A program made the position numbers and the translations under genes. The notes beneath the pieces are model-generated. The model saw only the letters and a list, made by a program, of their open reading frames with translations. It did not search any database and was not told the DNA's origin. Source: an uncultured Acidobacteriota bacterium (lineage in GTDB: Bacteria; Acidobacteriota; Vicinamibacteria; Marinacidobacterales; SMYC01). Taken from it: a DNA stretch of 64,000 nucleotides. The stretch spans positions 27,262 to 91,261 of the forward strand of contig CAMYKY010000003.1 in the NCBI GenBank assembly GCA_947259165.1, written 5' to 3'. Below are positions 9,307-20,259 of this stretch, one piece after another (the stretch's first letter is position 1; every line of letters begins with the position of its first letter).

Positions 9307-10550
9307 CGCAGCCGAGCTGGAACTGGTCCGACGCGGAGCAGCGGGAGATCGCACTCGGCTTCGACCTCGAGACGTTCGACGAAGGGTTCATCGAGAATCC
9401 TTATCCAGCCTACCGTGCCATTCGGCGTCACAACCCGGTGTGCCGATTGCCGGACGGAACCTACTTCATCTCTCGCTATCGTGATCTCGTCACAATCCTT
9501 CGCGACGCCGATCGATTCATCTCCGACAAGAGAGTCGATTTCAAGAAAAAGTTCGGCGAGTCTGCGTTATTCGAGCACCACACGACGAGCGTCGTGTTCA
9601 ACGATCCACCGCTCCATACGCGAATGCGTGCTTTGATGACACCATTTTTCTCGCCTCACGCGTTGTCGACGCTGAAACCGCGGGTCGAGACCTTCGTCGA
9701 GGGTCTCCTCGATCGTCTCGAAGAGAAACGGCGTTTCGATCTCAAGCTGGACTTCGCGCAGGCGCTTCCTCTCAATCTCGTCGGCGACATGCTCGGCGTA
9801 CCGGTCGAGGAGCGGACCCCGCTTGCCGATTGGGCCGTTCTGATTCTGGGAGCGCTCGAGCCGTCGCTCACCGAAGAGGACTTCAAGAAGGGCTGCGATG
9901 CCGTCGACGAGTTCAAAGCCTATTTGCAGGCGCTCATCGAGAGTAAGCGTCTCAGCCCTGGTTCTCGGGACGACTTCGACATTCTCGGTGCGCTCGTCGA
10001 CGCCGAGACTCTCGAAGGGAAGCTTTCGGAGCTCGAGCTTCTCCACAACTGTATTTTCCTGCTCAACGCCGGGCAAGACACGACGACGAGTCTCATTGTG
10101 AACGGCGTCGAGGCACTCTTCCGTTTTCCCGAAGCTCTCGAGAAGCTACGCCGTCGCCCCGAGCTCCTCGCCACCGCGGTCGACGAAATGCTGCGACTCG
10201 AAAGCCCTCTCCAGATCGGAAACCGCAAGTGCGTCGTCGACTTCGACCTCGACGGTCACAAACTTCCCGAAGGCGCTTTTTTGCACATCGGCATCGGCTG
10301 TGCCAACCACGATGAGTCCTATTTCGACAACGCGGAATCTCTCGACATCGAGCGCTACCCGAACAAGCACCTCGCGTTCAGCAAAGGGATCCATACCTGC
10401 GCCGGGAACGCGCTCGGGCGGCTCGAGATCGAAGTCGCGATCGGCAAGCTCCTCGAGCGGTTCCCGAATCTCCACCCGACAGGCAATCTGGTTCGCGGCC
10501 CGCGGGCCCGGTTTCGCTCGGTCATGGGCTACCCGATGGCGATTGATTAA
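9303..10550 (+). CDS. Cytochrome P450
   Basis: ATG 9303. Heme-thiolate loop FSKGIHTCAGNALGRLE, I-helix LLNAGQDTTT and ExxR (EMLRLES). Confidence 0.9.
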   Translation: MTQPSWNWSDAEQREIALGFDLETFDEGFIENPYPAYRAIRRHNPVCRLPDGTYFISRYRDLVTILRDADRFISDKRVDFKKKFGESALFEHHTTSVVFNDPPLHTRMRALMTPFFSPHALSTLKPRVETFVEGLLDRLEEKRRFDLKLDFAQALPLNLVGDMLGVPVEERTPLADWAVLILGALEPSLTEEDFKKGCDAVDEFKAYLQALIESKRLSPGSRDDFDILGALVDAETLEGKLSELELLHNCIFLLNAGQDTTTSLIVNGVEALFRFPEALEKLRRRPELLATAVDEMLRLESPLQIGNRKCVVDFDLDGHKLPEGAFLHIGIGCANHDESYFDNAESLDIERYPNKHLAFSKGIHTCAGNALGRLEIEVAIGKLLERFPNLHPTGNLVRGPRARFRSVMGYPMAID

Positions 10551-10559
10551 GGAGCGGGG

Positions 10560-11870
10560 ATGACAGCGAAAATAGACCTCAACTATCAACCGGGCTTCGG
10601 CAACCACTTCGCCACCGAAGCCGAGACGGGCGCGCTCCCGAAAGGCCGCAACTCTCCACAACGAGTCGACCACGGCCTCTATGCTGAGCTTCTCAGCGGC
10701 ACGGCTTTCACCGTGCCGCGCGCGGAGAATTTGCGAACGTGGACCTACCGCATGCGCCCCTCAGCGGTGCACAAACCGTTCGCACCACTCGACAGCGATC
10801 GTTTCGCGACGGCGCCGATCGAGGGCCCCCCACCGTCTCCCAATCAGCTTCGTTGGTCTCCAATCGACGTTCCGGCCGGGTCAACGCTCGATTTCGTCGA
10901 TGGGCTGTTCACGATGTGCGGGGGCGGGGACGCGTCGGCACGCACCGGTGTTGGCATCCACCTTTATCGAGCCAACCGTTCGATGACGAGGCGCGCGTTG
11001 CTCAACGCGGACGGCGAGATGCTCATCGTGCCGCAGCAAGGCGCGCTCCGAATTCAGACAGAGCTTGGGATCCTCGATGCGAAGCCAGGCGAGATCGCTG
11101 TCGTCAATCGGGGCGTGAAGTTTCGAGTGGAGCTTGCCGACGGTCCGTCTCGAGGCTACGTTTGCGAGAACTACGGCGCGCCGCTGCGGCTTCCGAACCT
11201 CGGCCCCATCGGATCGAACGGTCTCGCGAACCCACGGGACTTCCGCTACCCGGTCGCGGCATACGAAGACCATGACGAGACCGTCGAGCTCATCGCCAAG
11301 TTCGAGGGGCATTTGTGGACAACGGAGCTCGGGCACTCGCCGTTCGACGTCGTGGGCTGGCACGGCAACTACGCGCCGTACAAATACAACTTGTACGACT
11401 TCAACGTCATCGGCTCGGTGAGCTTCGACCATCCGGACCCCTCTATCTACACCGTGCTGACGTCGCCGACCGACACACCGGGTCTCGCGAACTTGGACTT
11501 CGTGATCTTCCCGCCGCGCTGGCTCGTGGCGGACGATACGTTTCGGCCGCCCTGGTATCATCGCAACGTGATGAGCGAGTTCATGGGGCTCATCGAAGGC
11601 GTCTACGACGCGAAGCCGGAAGGATTCGTCCCCGGTGGGGCGAGCTTGCACAATTGTATGGTTGCCCACGGTCCGGACGCGCAGTCGTTCGAACGCGCGA
11701 CCGATGCGAAGCTCGAGCCACAGTATCTCGGTAACACGATGGCGTTCATGTTCGAAACCAGACTCGTCAGCCGTCCCACGACGTGGGCGCTCGAGCTTCC
11801 CGAGCTCCAGAGCAACTACTGGGAATGCTGGCAGGGCATAGAAAAGAATTTCAGGAAACCAAACGAATGA
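10560..11870 (+). CDS. hmgA: Homogentisate 1,2-dioxygenase
   Basis: Canonical N-terminus [28 protein letters not shown] and full-length (436 aa) similarity pattern to HmgA. Confidence 0.92.
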   Translation: MTAKIDLNYQPGFGNHFATEAETGALPKGRNSPQRVDHGLYAELLSGTAFTVPRAENLRTWTYRMRPSAVHKPFAPLDSDRFATAPIEGPPPSPNQLRWSPIDVPAGSTLDFVDGLFTMCGGGDASARTGVGIHLYRANRSMTRRALLNADGEMLIVPQQGALRIQTELGILDAKPGEIAVVNRGVKFRVELADGPSRGYVCENYGAPLRLPNLGPIGSNGLANPRDFRYPVAAYEDHDETVELIAKFEGHLWTTELGHSPFDVVGWHGNYAPYKYNLYDFNVIGSVSFDHPDPSIYTVLTSPTDTPGLANLDFVIFPPRWLVADDTFRPPWYHRNVMSEFMGLIEGVYDAKPEGFVPGGASLHNCMVAHGPDAQSFERATDAKLEPQYLGNTMAFMFETRLVSRPTTWALELPELQSNYWECWQGIEKNFRKPNE

Positions 11871-13213
11871 GTGAAACCTTGACCGATACCACACACGACG
11901 CCGCGCTCCGAAGCTGGGTCCCAAGCGCAAACGACGAGAGCACCGACTTTCCGATTCAGAACCTTCCGTTCGGGATTTTCCGACGCGCCGGCGACGAAGC
12001 CAGAGTCGGGGTTGCGATCGGCGACCAAATTCTCGACGTCGCGGCATGCCTTGTGGCCGGTCTCTTCGAAGACGCCGGCGAAGAGGCCGCGAAGCTCGCA
12101 CGTGGGTCGAGCTTGAACTCGCTCATGCATAGGGGGAGGGGCCCGGCCTCCACGCTGCGCCGCGCCGCCTCATCGCTTCTACGAGAAGGAACCGAAAACG
12201 GCACGAAAGCCGCCGCGATCGAGGCGCGCATTCTCGTCCCCATGAGCGAAGCCGTGGTCTTGCTACCCGCAAAGATCGGCGATTTCACGGACTTCTACTC
12301 GTCGATCTTCCATGCCGAGCGGGTGGGACGCATGTTCCGCCCCGACAACCCGTTGCTTCCGAACTACAAATACGTTCCGATCGCCTACCACGGCCGATCG
12401 TCGACGATCGAAGTCAGCGGCACCGACTTTCGCCGCCCGATCGGACAGCGCCGTCCTCCCAACGCACCGCCCGAGGAGCTGCCTACCTTCGAGCCGTCGC
12501 ATGCCCTCGACTACGAAGCCGAGTTCGGATTCTTCGTCGGAGCCGGCAACCGCACTGGGGAGGCCGTTCCGCTCGATCGCGCGGAGGACTACATCTTCGG
12601 GATGTGTCTGCTCAACGATTGGTCCGCGCGGGACATCCAAGCGTGGGAATATCAGCCGCTTGGCCCGTTCCTCGCCAAGAGTTTCGCATCGACGATCTCG
12701 CCGTGGGTCGTCACCATGGACGCCCTCGCACCGTTTCGGGTCGGCGCGTACCAACGCCCGGACGGAGACCCCCAGCCACTCCCGTATCTTTACTCGGAAG
12801 CGAACGAGCGCAACGGCGGTCTCGACATCACGATGGAGATCGCGATCCTCTCCGAGTCGATGCGGGAACAGGGAATGGAGCCGTACGTCTTGAGTCGAAG
12901 TCGTTTTCGTGAGTTCTACTGGAGCATCTTTCAGATGCTGACCCACCATACGAGCAACGGCTGCCGCCTCATTCCAGGCGACCTCATCGGTACCGGAACG
13001 GTTTCGAGCTCTGGAGCGGATGAGATGGGCAGCATCCTCGAAAAGACCAAACGCGGCGCCGAGCCACTGACGCTCCCGTCGGGTCAGGTCCGCAGCTTCG
13101 TTGATGATGGCGACGAAATCATTCTTCGCGGCTACTGCGAACGCGAAGGGTACCGTCGCATCGGCTTCGGCGAGTGTCGGGCGCGAGTACTTCCTGCGAG
13201 ATTTCTATCTTGA
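11867..13213 (+). CDS. fahA: Fumarylacetoacetase
   Basis: ATG 11867 overlaps the hmgA stop (ATGA). N-terminal [11 protein letters not shown] and C-terminal FAH-fold blocks ([21 protein letters not shown]). Confidence 0.9.
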   Translation: MSETLTDTTHDAALRSWVPSANDESTDFPIQNLPFGIFRRAGDEARVGVAIGDQILDVAACLVAGLFEDAGEEAAKLARGSSLNSLMHRGRGPASTLRRAASSLLREGTENGTKAAAIEARILVPMSEAVVLLPAKIGDFTDFYSSIFHAERVGRMFRPDNPLLPNYKYVPIAYHGRSSTIEVSGTDFRRPIGQRRPPNAPPEELPTFEPSHALDYEAEFGFFVGAGNRTGEAVPLDRAEDYIFGMCLLNDWSARDIQAWEYQPLGPFLAKSFASTISPWVVTMDALAPFRVGAYQRPDGDPQPLPYLYSEANERNGGLDITMEIAILSESMREQGMEPYVLSRSRFREFYWSIFQMLTHHTSNGCRLIPGDLIGTGTVSSSGADEMGSILEKTKRGAEPLTLPSGQVRSFVDDGDEIILRGYCEREGYRRIGFGECRARVLPARFLS

Positions 13214-14319
13214 TCGAGCCGGAACGACTCGTACGCGGCACTGTGCTCGATTTACCGACGTACAAGACAGGCGTGAGCCCACACCTTTTGAAGGCGCTCG
13301 ATTCCGGAGCCTCCGTCGCGCGACTCGGTAGCAACGAGAACCCCTACGGTGCGAGTCCTCGAGTCTACGAAGCGATTCGTTCCGTTCACGACGTCAATCA
13401 ATACCCCGACGGCGGGAACACGTCGGTTCGTGTAGCCCTCGGGGCCCACCTGGAGATCGATCCAGATCGACTGCTCGTATCGACGGGGTCGGAGAATGTT
13501 TTGAGCGACGTGTTCGTGTCCGTGCTCTCTCCAGGGGAACGTGTCGTCGCTCTCACACCGACGTTCATGCTCACCGATATCTTGACTCGATCGATCGGAG
13601 CGATCTCGATGGGTGTGAACTACGAAGACGACCTCTCGTTCTCCGCCGACGCCCTCGCGAGCGAAGCCGAGAACGGGGCGAAGATTTTGTACATCTCGAA
13701 CCCCAACAACCCGACGGGAAACGCGTTCTCCTCGGATGAGCTTCGCACCATCGTCAGCGCGACCTCGCCGGAGACGTTGGTCATCGTCGACGAGGCCTAC
13801 TACGAATACGCGGTACGCCACGAGGGTTTCGAGTCCAGTCTTCCGCTTCTTGACGCGTCGGAAAGGCCGTACATCGTACTCCGAACTTTCTCGAAAGCGT
13901 ACGGCCTCGCGGGGCTTCGCGTCGGCTACGGTATCTTCTATCACCCCGACTTGGTCCCACTCGTGCGCCGCGGGAACACGGTATTCGACGTCGGAACGGT
14001 CTCGCAGGCGGCGCTGCTCGCCGCGCTGGCCGACCAAGCGCACATGGAAAGCGTCGTCGACAAAACGCTCACCGAGAAGGAAAGAGTGCTGAAGGCTCTC
14101 GAAAAGCGAAACGTACGGGTTTTTCCGGCATACGGGAACTTCGTCTCGCTTTGGTTTCGCGAGCACAACAAAGCGATCGAGCTCGAGAACGCGCTGGCAG
14201 AGCGCAACGTCTTCGTCAAAGCACTACCTGCGAGGGCGGGTGAAGGGCTGGTTCGCGCCACCGTCGGCAAACCAGAGGATAACGATCGTTTTCTCGAAGC
14301 ACTCGCGGGCCTTGCATGA
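13210..14319 (+). CDS. Class I/II aminotransferase (histidinol-phosphate / aromatic aminotransferase-like)
   Basis: HisC-like pattern (LGSNENPYG, NPNNPTG, RTFSKAYGLAGLRVGY with PLP lysine). The start is ambiguous: TTG 13210 overlaps the fahA stop (TTGA), and GTG 13174 is the longest option. Confidence 0.8.
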   Translation: MIEPERLVRGTVLDLPTYKTGVSPHLLKALDSGASVARLGSNENPYGASPRVYEAIRSVHDVNQYPDGGNTSVRVALGAHLEIDPDRLLVSTGSENVLSDVFVSVLSPGERVVALTPTFMLTDILTRSIGAISMGVNYEDDLSFSADALASEAENGAKILYISNPNNPTGNAFSSDELRTIVSATSPETLVIVDEAYYEYAVRHEGFESSLPLLDASERPYIVLRTFSKAYGLAGLRVGYGIFYHPDLVPLVRRGNTVFDVGTVSQAALLAALADQAHMESVVDKTLTEKERVLKALEKRNVRVFPAYGNFVSLWFREHNKAIELENALAERNVFVKALPARAGEGLVRATVGKPEDNDRFLEALAGLA

Positions 14320-14331
14320 GCGAAGCGGCAA

Positions 14332-14409
14332 GTGGGAATTGATGGCGGCCTCGGGAATATCTGGCGCTTCCCGTATGTCGTCGGCGAGAGTGGCGGCGGC
14401 GTCTTCCTA
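14332..14409 (+). pseudogene. Stump of a Na+-dependent (NSS/SNF family) transporter N-terminus
   Basis: Translates to GIDGGLGNIWRFPYVVGESGGGVFL, the hallmark TM1 signature (GLGNxWRFPY...GGGAFL) of NSS transporters. Similarity stops after about 26 codons. Confidence 0.5.
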
Positions 14410-14478
14410 ACAATGTACATTCAGCTTTACGCTAGAATTCCGTTAATCAAATGCACAGTTCTCGGAGGCAATAAGGCC

Positions 14479-15681
14479 ATGACGTCAAATCAACGGACTC
14501 TTTCGACCGCCATTCTCTCGCTCGCCACTGTCTTTGTCGTGGCGGCGCTCGCTCATGCTCAGGACGAAGACCAGAAGCCGACGTTGAAGCTCGACAGAAT
14601 CGCGTCGTCGCCGGCGTTCCTAGGTCAGACTCGAGCGCCCATGGCAGAGAAATCGTCTTATTCGGTCGAAACCGTCGTTGGCGGACTCACGACACCCTGG
14701 GCCCTCGCTTTTCTGCCGGCTAGCGAGATACTCATCAACGAGTACTCTGGAAGTATGAGGATCTTGCGTGCCGACGGAACGCTTTCGGATCCTCTGAGCG
14801 GCCTGCCAGAGCTGTCCCATGAAGGGTGGGCGGGGCTGTTCGATGTAGCCCTTGATCCCGACTTTGCTCGAAATCAACTCGTGTATTTTTCGTATACGGC
14901 TCCGTCGGGCGATCCCGACTCGCCCAATATTCCTCGGGTAGCGCGTGGGCGCCTTGATCGCGAACAGCTGTGTCTAGCCGATGTCGAAGTGATAGTCGAC
15001 GGTGCAGGGTGGCAGGAGCTTCATTTTGCGCCCGACGGGAAATTGCTGGTATCGGGAACCGGTGCAGGTGAGGCGCAGGAGCTCGCCGTGACGAGCGGCA
15101 AGCTGCTTCGTATCAACAGCGACGGCTCGGTTCCCGACGACAATCCCTTCGTCGACGTTGTGGGTGTTCGTCCGGAAATCTTCAGCTACGGCCATCGTGA
15201 TATATCGGGGTTCGCCACCCATCCCGACACCGACGAAATCTGGATCACCGAACATGGCCCCCGCGGTGGTGATGAGCTGAACGTCATTCGCGCGGGCGCA
15301 AACTACGGATGGCAGGTTATATCTTACGGGACTCAGTACTCCGGAAAGCCTGTAGGGCAAGGACAAACGACGCACGGGGCCATGGAACAACCCCGCTACT
15401 TCTGGAGACCGTCGATAGCGCCTTCAGGCCTGATTTTCTACACGGGCAAGATGTTTCCGGAGTGGGAGGGCAATGTCTTCGTGACTTCACTGTCCGGACA
15501 ACACATCACTCGACTCGTCCTCGACGGCGATCGCGTCATCGCCGAGGAACGATTGCTAGTGGACCGCTCGGAGCGAATTCGCGAGCTTCGGGAAGGCGCC
15601 GACGGCGCACTCTACGCCCTGACCAACGAAGAAGGGGACGCACCGAAGGGAACCGCAGAACTACTGCGAATTTCGAAATAG
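14479..15681 (+). CDS. PQQ-dependent sugar dehydrogenase (soluble glucose/sorbosone dehydrogenase family), secreted
   Basis: ATG 14479 with signal peptide (LSLATVFVVAALAHAQ). Beta-propeller family blocks (PWALAFLP, GHRDISGFATHP, GDELNVIRAGANYGWQ). Confidence 0.8.
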   Translation: MTSNQRTLSTAILSLATVFVVAALAHAQDEDQKPTLKLDRIASSPAFLGQTRAPMAEKSSYSVETVVGGLTTPWALAFLPASEILINEYSGSMRILRADGTLSDPLSGLPELSHEGWAGLFDVALDPDFARNQLVYFSYTAPSGDPDSPNIPRVARGRLDREQLCLADVEVIVDGAGWQELHFAPDGKLLVSGTGAGEAQELAVTSGKLLRINSDGSVPDDNPFVDVVGVRPEIFSYGHRDISGFATHPDTDEIWITEHGPRGGDELNVIRAGANYGWQVISYGTQYSGKPVGQGQTTHGAMEQPRYFWRPSIAPSGLIFYTGKMFPEWEGNVFVTSLSGQHITRLVLDGDRVIAEERLLVDRSERIRELREGADGALYALTNEEGDAPKGTAELLRISK

Positions 15682-15805
15682 GCTGCCGCCATCCAACGCT
15701 CGGAGAACCGCGCAACCGCTCAGTGTCGCCGTGCGGGCCCCCATGCCAGTGCCCAAAGGGCCCTGACAGGTTTAACGACGGGTCCCGATTGGGCTAGAAT
15801 TCAGC

Positions 15806-16600
15806 ATGGGCACGAAACCGCGATCGAAAAAGAAGAAGAGCAAAGAAGCACAAGCTGCCGCACCGAATGTAGAACAAAGCGATAGCTCCACGACTGGCCA
15901 GATTCCGAGTTGGATCTTCGTGGCCTTCGCGCTGCTCGGTGTCGCCATCTTCGCGTTGGTTTTACTGGGGACGGATCCACCTCCCGAGGTCGAGTCGACC
16001 ATTCGAACGGTCAACCCCGTCGACACGTGGCAGGCCGCGCCGGTCACCTCTCTCACCTACGTTGCCGAGCGTGACTACGCGATTGGGCCAGACGACCCCG
16101 CGGTCTCTGTCGCTGTGTTCAGCGATTTCGAATGCCCGTATTGTCAGGACGCGAGCAGCGAGCTCAGGCGCCTCTACGAGCGTTACCCCGACAACGTGCA
16201 GCTCGTTTTCAGGAACTACCCACTCGACATGAGCTGCAACGAGAACATGAAACAGACAGGACATCTGTATTCGTGCAAAGCGGCCGTCATGGCACGTTGC
16301 GCGGGCGCACAGGATCATTTCTGGGAAATGCACGATGCCATTTTCGAGCTCCCCCAGCTGAACGTGAGCACGCTCGACGGGCTGCCAGAAGAGCTCGGCC
16401 TGTCCGCGGAGGCGTTCACCGCTTGCGTCGGCAACGAACAAACCATGGCGGACGTGCAAGTCGACATCGAAGAAGGCCGCACGCTGGGACTCACCGGAAC
16501 CCCCGCGGTGTTCGTGAACGGACGGAAAATGGCGTCGTTCCGTACGACAACTCTTTCCGCGATCGTCGATCACGTCCTGTTCGAAAGCGGAAGCGACTGA
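15806..16600 (+). CDS. DsbA-family thiol:disulfide oxidoreductase, membrane anchored
   Basis: Lys-rich N-terminus plus a TM helix. Thioredoxin-fold CxxC (FSDFECPYCQ). DsbA-like C-terminal block GLTGTPAVFVNG. Confidence 0.8.
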   Translation: MGTKPRSKKKKSKEAQAAAPNVEQSDSSTTGQIPSWIFVAFALLGVAIFALVLLGTDPPPEVESTIRTVNPVDTWQAAPVTSLTYVAERDYAIGPDDPAVSVAVFSDFECPYCQDASSELRRLYERYPDNVQLVFRNYPLDMSCNENMKQTGHLYSCKAAVMARCAGAQDHFWEMHDAIFELPQLNVSTLDGLPEELGLSAEAFTACVGNEQTMADVQVDIEEGRTLGLTGTPAVFVNGRKMASFRTTTLSAIVDHVLFESGSD

Positions 16601-16616
16601 GATTCACAAGCCGGTG

Positions 16617-17939
16617 CTATGCGTTACCGGCCGCGAGCTCGTGCAGACCGGCAAGGACACGGTCGACCTGCTCGAACGTGTTGTAGTACGCCGTGGATAC
16701 GCGGATGCCGTTGAAACCCGCGGGGTCCGCTGGGTAAACCGGGCCGCGCGTCCTCGGCGACACGTAGACGTCGTAGCGTTCGCGCAAATAGTCATGGATT
16801 CTCTGTCCATCCATCCCATCAATCCCGAGCGTGGTCACCGCGCACGAAAGCCGCGGGTCCGTTCCGGTATAAAGACGCACACCGGGAATCGCGACCGCTT
16901 TCTCCCGTAAGTAGCTCCCAAGGCCCCGCATGCGATGCTCGATCCGAGCCGGTCCGATCCCGTTGTGGAAATCGAGCGCATCTTCCAAGACGGCGACCTG
17001 GGGCCAGGGGCGACGACTCAAGCGGTCGTACTTCCGGGCGCCTTTGTCCAGATACCAACTCTGGGTCACGATGTTCGGCCAAATACGGTCGATCAACTCC
17101 GCGCGGACGTAGAGAATCCCGGTGCCTGCCGGCGAGCACAGCCATTTGTGACAAGACGATGCGTGGGAATCGACGCCGAGCTCGTGCAGGTCGTACACGA
17201 AATTTCCGAGGGCATGAGCGCCATCAATCAAGCACAGCAAGCCGCGGCCACGACAAAGAGCGGAAAGCTCCTTCACCGGCATGATCGTCCCCGTCACCGT
17301 CGTGCTGTGCGCGGTCGTGATGACTCGGGTTCTCGACGTGATCGCGTCCTCGAAGAGGTTCAAGATGTCCTCGGGATTGTCGGGCGGAGTCGGGATGGGG
17401 ACTTCCTTCAGGGTAACGCCGTGCCTCTCGGCTTTCAGCTTCCACGGCTGAAGGTTGCTCGAGTGCTCGTGGAATGAGTGAAGAATCTCATCTCCCTGTT
17501 TCAAATCCAGGCCGTTGATGACGGTAACGAGTCCCTCGGTCGTGTTCCGGACGAGGGCGATCTCGTCGGCGGAAGCGCCAACGAATTTGGCCGCCTTGAC
17601 ACGGATCGATTCCTGCCGTTGCTCGAACACGGAGCTATTTTCCGACGGGTTCTCCGCCATCAACCGCCAGTAGTGCATGAGCGCATCGAGTACCGGCTTG
17701 GGCGTCGACCCCAAACGTCCGGTATTCATATAGGCGAAGCCCTCCGGCATAACGAACTGCTCCCTGACTCTCGCCCAGTACCCGCCGTCGAAACGCCAGT
17801 TCTCGCTGGGCTCGCCTATCTGCTCGATCGCTTGCGCGACGGCTGCCACCGCAGATTGGGTTGCGCCGACTCCCGCGAGCGTGACTCCCAACCCGCGCAT
17901 GAATTCTCGCCGAGACGCAGGCTCGTTCGTGCCCACCAT
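16617..17939 (-). CDS. Class V aminotransferase / cysteine-desulfurase-like PLP enzyme, TAT-exported
   Basis: TAT leader SRREFMRGLGVTLAGVGA. Class V fold pattern with lysine block SSCHKWLCSPAGTGILY. Confidence 0.78.
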   Translation of the reverse strand: MVGTNEPASRREFMRGLGVTLAGVGATQSAVAAVAQAIEQIGEPSENWRFDGGYWARVREQFVMPEGFAYMNTGRLGSTPKPVLDALMHYWRLMAENPSENSSVFEQRQESIRVKAAKFVGASADEIALVRNTTEGLVTVINGLDLKQGDEILHSFHEHSSNLQPWKLKAERHGVTLKEVPIPTPPDNPEDILNLFEDAITSRTRVITTAHSTTVTGTIMPVKELSALCRGRGLLCLIDGAHALGNFVYDLHELGVDSHASSCHKWLCSPAGTGILYVRAELIDRIWPNIVTQSWYLDKGARKYDRLSRRPWPQVAVLEDALDFHNGIGPARIEHRMRGLGSYLREKAVAIPGVRLYTGTDPRLSCAVTTLGIDGMDGQRIHDYLRERYDVYVSPRTRGPVYPADPAGFNGIRVSTAYYNTFEQVDRVLAGLHELAAGNA

Positions 17940-18027
17940 GTGACACCACCTTTCCCCCGCGCTCGATTATCGCAGCTACGTTAACACGCGGTGCGGTTCG
18001 CGGGGTGTCCCCGCCAGAGCCCGTTGA

Positions 18028-18999
18028 CTACCGCGGGTCGGGAGCCAGGCAATTAGCTCGAAAAGCGCGCGCGAAGTCTCGTTTCATGCTCACCACCTCC
18101 CACGCTCGCTCGCGTGCGAGCTCGAGCAAAGGTTCATGGTGGTACTCGTACTCGCGCTCACTGTCGTCGTGATCCAGGAGCAAAACGAGGCTCATCGGAG
18201 CGCGGTCGGCGGCCTCCATAACGTAGCGGTCGCCCATGGAATTTCCAAACGCGAAAATGGGAGACCCGCCGGTTCGCTCGCGTATCCGCAGCACCTTACC
18301 CTCACGTGAGTTGTGAGGCTCCCAAAACATCGCGTCGCGTACGAAAGCACCTTCGTCGTGCTGGTACGCGACCATCGACCCAATCACGAATGGAGGCTCG
18401 ACTCCCAGGCAGGGCGCGGCAAACGCGCGGATGTACTCCTGCTGCGACTGAGACACGACATACACTCTGAAATCATGCTCCCGCAGGAGCTCCATGAGCT
18501 CCAACATCGGCGCATAGAACAGCGCCGAGTAAGCACGCTCGAGGGTCGGATGCCGTCTTTCGGAAAGGATCGAGCGAACATTGTTTCCAAATTGTGCGAG
18601 AGAATCCCCCGCCGCCGCCGCAATCACGATCTCGGAGCCGTGGCTCCGAATAGTGTCGGGGTCCTGCGTCAGAACCGCCAGATACGGCTCCTGCTCGGCG
18701 AGAGACGGATCATCGACCGCGGCGGCACGCAATTTCTCAGCCGCCACCATCACCTCGACGTATAACGGCCTCTCGACCATGAGCGTGCCGTCGAGATCGA
18801 AAACGGCGATGCGTTCGATGGGAGGTACATAGGTTTCGCGCTCGGGGTCGGTCACATCGTCGACGAACGCCAGGAGGCGTCGCTTGACCTCGCCGTCCGA
18901 CCAGGAACCAAGACTCGCAGGCTCGACGTCGGGCGTCGCGCGGCACCCGACGAGCGACGCCGCCACGAGACACCAGGCAAGTTGGCGACAGACGCTCAT
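18028..18999 (-). CDS. HAD-superfamily hydrolase lipoprotein
   Basis: ATG 18999 gives the lipobox signal MSVCRQLAWCLVAASLVGC. HAD motif I FDLDGTL and motif IV-like GNSMGD. Confidence 0.62.
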   Translation of the reverse strand: MSVCRQLAWCLVAASLVGCRATPDVEPASLGSWSDGEVKRRLLAFVDDVTDPERETYVPPIERIAVFDLDGTLMVERPLYVEVMVAAEKLRAAAVDDPSLAEQEPYLAVLTQDPDTIRSHGSEIVIAAAAGDSLAQFGNNVRSILSERRHPTLERAYSALFYAPMLELMELLREHDFRVYVVSQSQQEYIRAFAAPCLGVEPPFVIGSMVAYQHDEGAFVRDAMFWEPHNSREGKVLRIRERTGGSPIFAFGNSMGDRYVMEAADRAPMSLVLLLDHDDSEREYEYHHEPLLELARERAWEVVSMKRDFARAFRANCLAPDPR

Positions 19000-19124
19000 C
19001 GACTCGCCTATAGCGCACTCACGGATGGCGTTCAGACTTGATAGAGCTGAATGAGGTTTCCGCACGTATCATCGATGCCCGCCGCGGGCGCGCCAGCCAT
19101 AAAGATGCGCGCATAGTACCAAAA

Positions 19125-19811
19125 TCAAGAAACGACCGTGCCCTCCTGGGACCCTTGTTCACCCCGGCCGGGTCGATAAGCGCCCACGAGTCTCGCGACG
19201 AGCAAAGCCATGTAGAGATTGCCGGCAATGACCTCGAGGAACGCGAGTGAGCGAGCGTGGTCCGATACCGGCGTGATGTCGCCATAGCCTAGTGAGGTCA
19301 GCGTCACGAAACTGAAGTGGACGAGGTCGCGGAACTCCAGCGTCGCTTCCGGAAAACGCGCACCGTGCATCGAGAAAGCATCGGGCTGCAACGTCAAGAC
19401 CAGGTCAAAGCACGACGCCCACATGTAGCCCATCAAGAGGTAGACCCCCGCCGCGCCGTAGATCTTGTCGAGGGACACCTCATGTCCGCGTAGCACGTAG
19501 TCGAGCACACGTACCAGCGCATACCCGTAGAAAAGAATCGTGAACACCGCCTGCGGTATGGCGAATTGCGACCCGGAGACCACGACGTTGAGCCAACTGA
19601 GGACGAGCTGCGGCACGCCTATTGCGAGCGCCGTCATCAAGTGACGTTTCGTTTCCCGTATCGCATAGAGCGCGGTAACGACGACGGTCGCGTTGAGCAA
19701 CACCAGGAGGACCTCGGTCGAAGGTCGCCCCAGGAGGTAGGGATAGACCAACAATACGGAAATCAACGACACGAGCAGATAGGGGCAGCGTTTATCCATA
19801 GAACCTCCCAC
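19125..19811 (-). CDS. Two-pore-helix type potassium channel family protein
   Basis: Multi-TM protein with K+ selectivity filter TLTSLGYGD. The start may instead be ATG 19799 (MDKR). Confidence 0.75.
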   Translation of the reverse strand: MGGSMDKRCPYLLVSLISVLLVYPYLLGRPSTEVLLVLLNATVVVTALYAIRETKRHLMTALAIGVPQLVLSWLNVVVSGSQFAIPQAVFTILFYGYALVRVLDYVLRGHEVSLDKIYGAAGVYLLMGYMWASCFDLVLTLQPDAFSMHGARFPEATLEFRDLVHFSFVTLTSLGYGDITPVSDHARSLAFLEVIAGNLYMALLVARLVGAYRPGRGEQGSQEGTVVS

Positions 19812-19972
19812 AGTTTTCGATCCTTGGTCCGTGAGTTCCTCAATGCCCTGCTATTTCGGGATTGAATTGGACGCTCGGCGGCGGCGCTACATCATACGGG
19901 TCGTGGGACGCCGAGCGTCTCCACCGGGCTATCGCCGAGTTTGTCGAGCGACATCAACCGAGGAGCTTCACC

Positions 19973-20200
19973 TCACGCCATCTCACCGGTCGCCAACCAT
20001 CGTGCACATTCCGACCCCAACTCTTCGAGCGCGCGCTTCTCGTAGCCTAGTCGGTCCTCCTCCTGGAGCACTTCCGTCCACCGACCGTTCGTACCCTTGT
20101 TAATGAAGACCTGGGCGCCGGCGTCCCAGAATGCGCCGCCTAGCGGGACGCTTTTCGTCGCATGGGCCTTCATGTAGTCAAAGCTTAGAACGCTGGGATT
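19973..20200 (-). pseudogene. C-terminal stump of a sulfotransferase
   Basis: Open frame from the stop at 20201-20203 reads ...SFDYMKAHATKSVPLGGAFWDAGAQVFINKGTNGRWTEVLQEED. This matches the C-terminal sulfotransferase block (F-R/N-KG-x-x-G-x-W). The about 200-aa PAPS-binding N-terminal part is absent. Confidence 0.5.
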
Positions 20201-20259
20201 CTAGCAGAATCGTCGGCGCGGACCGACACTCGAGATCGGCCAACCCGAGTGCTGCCGGC

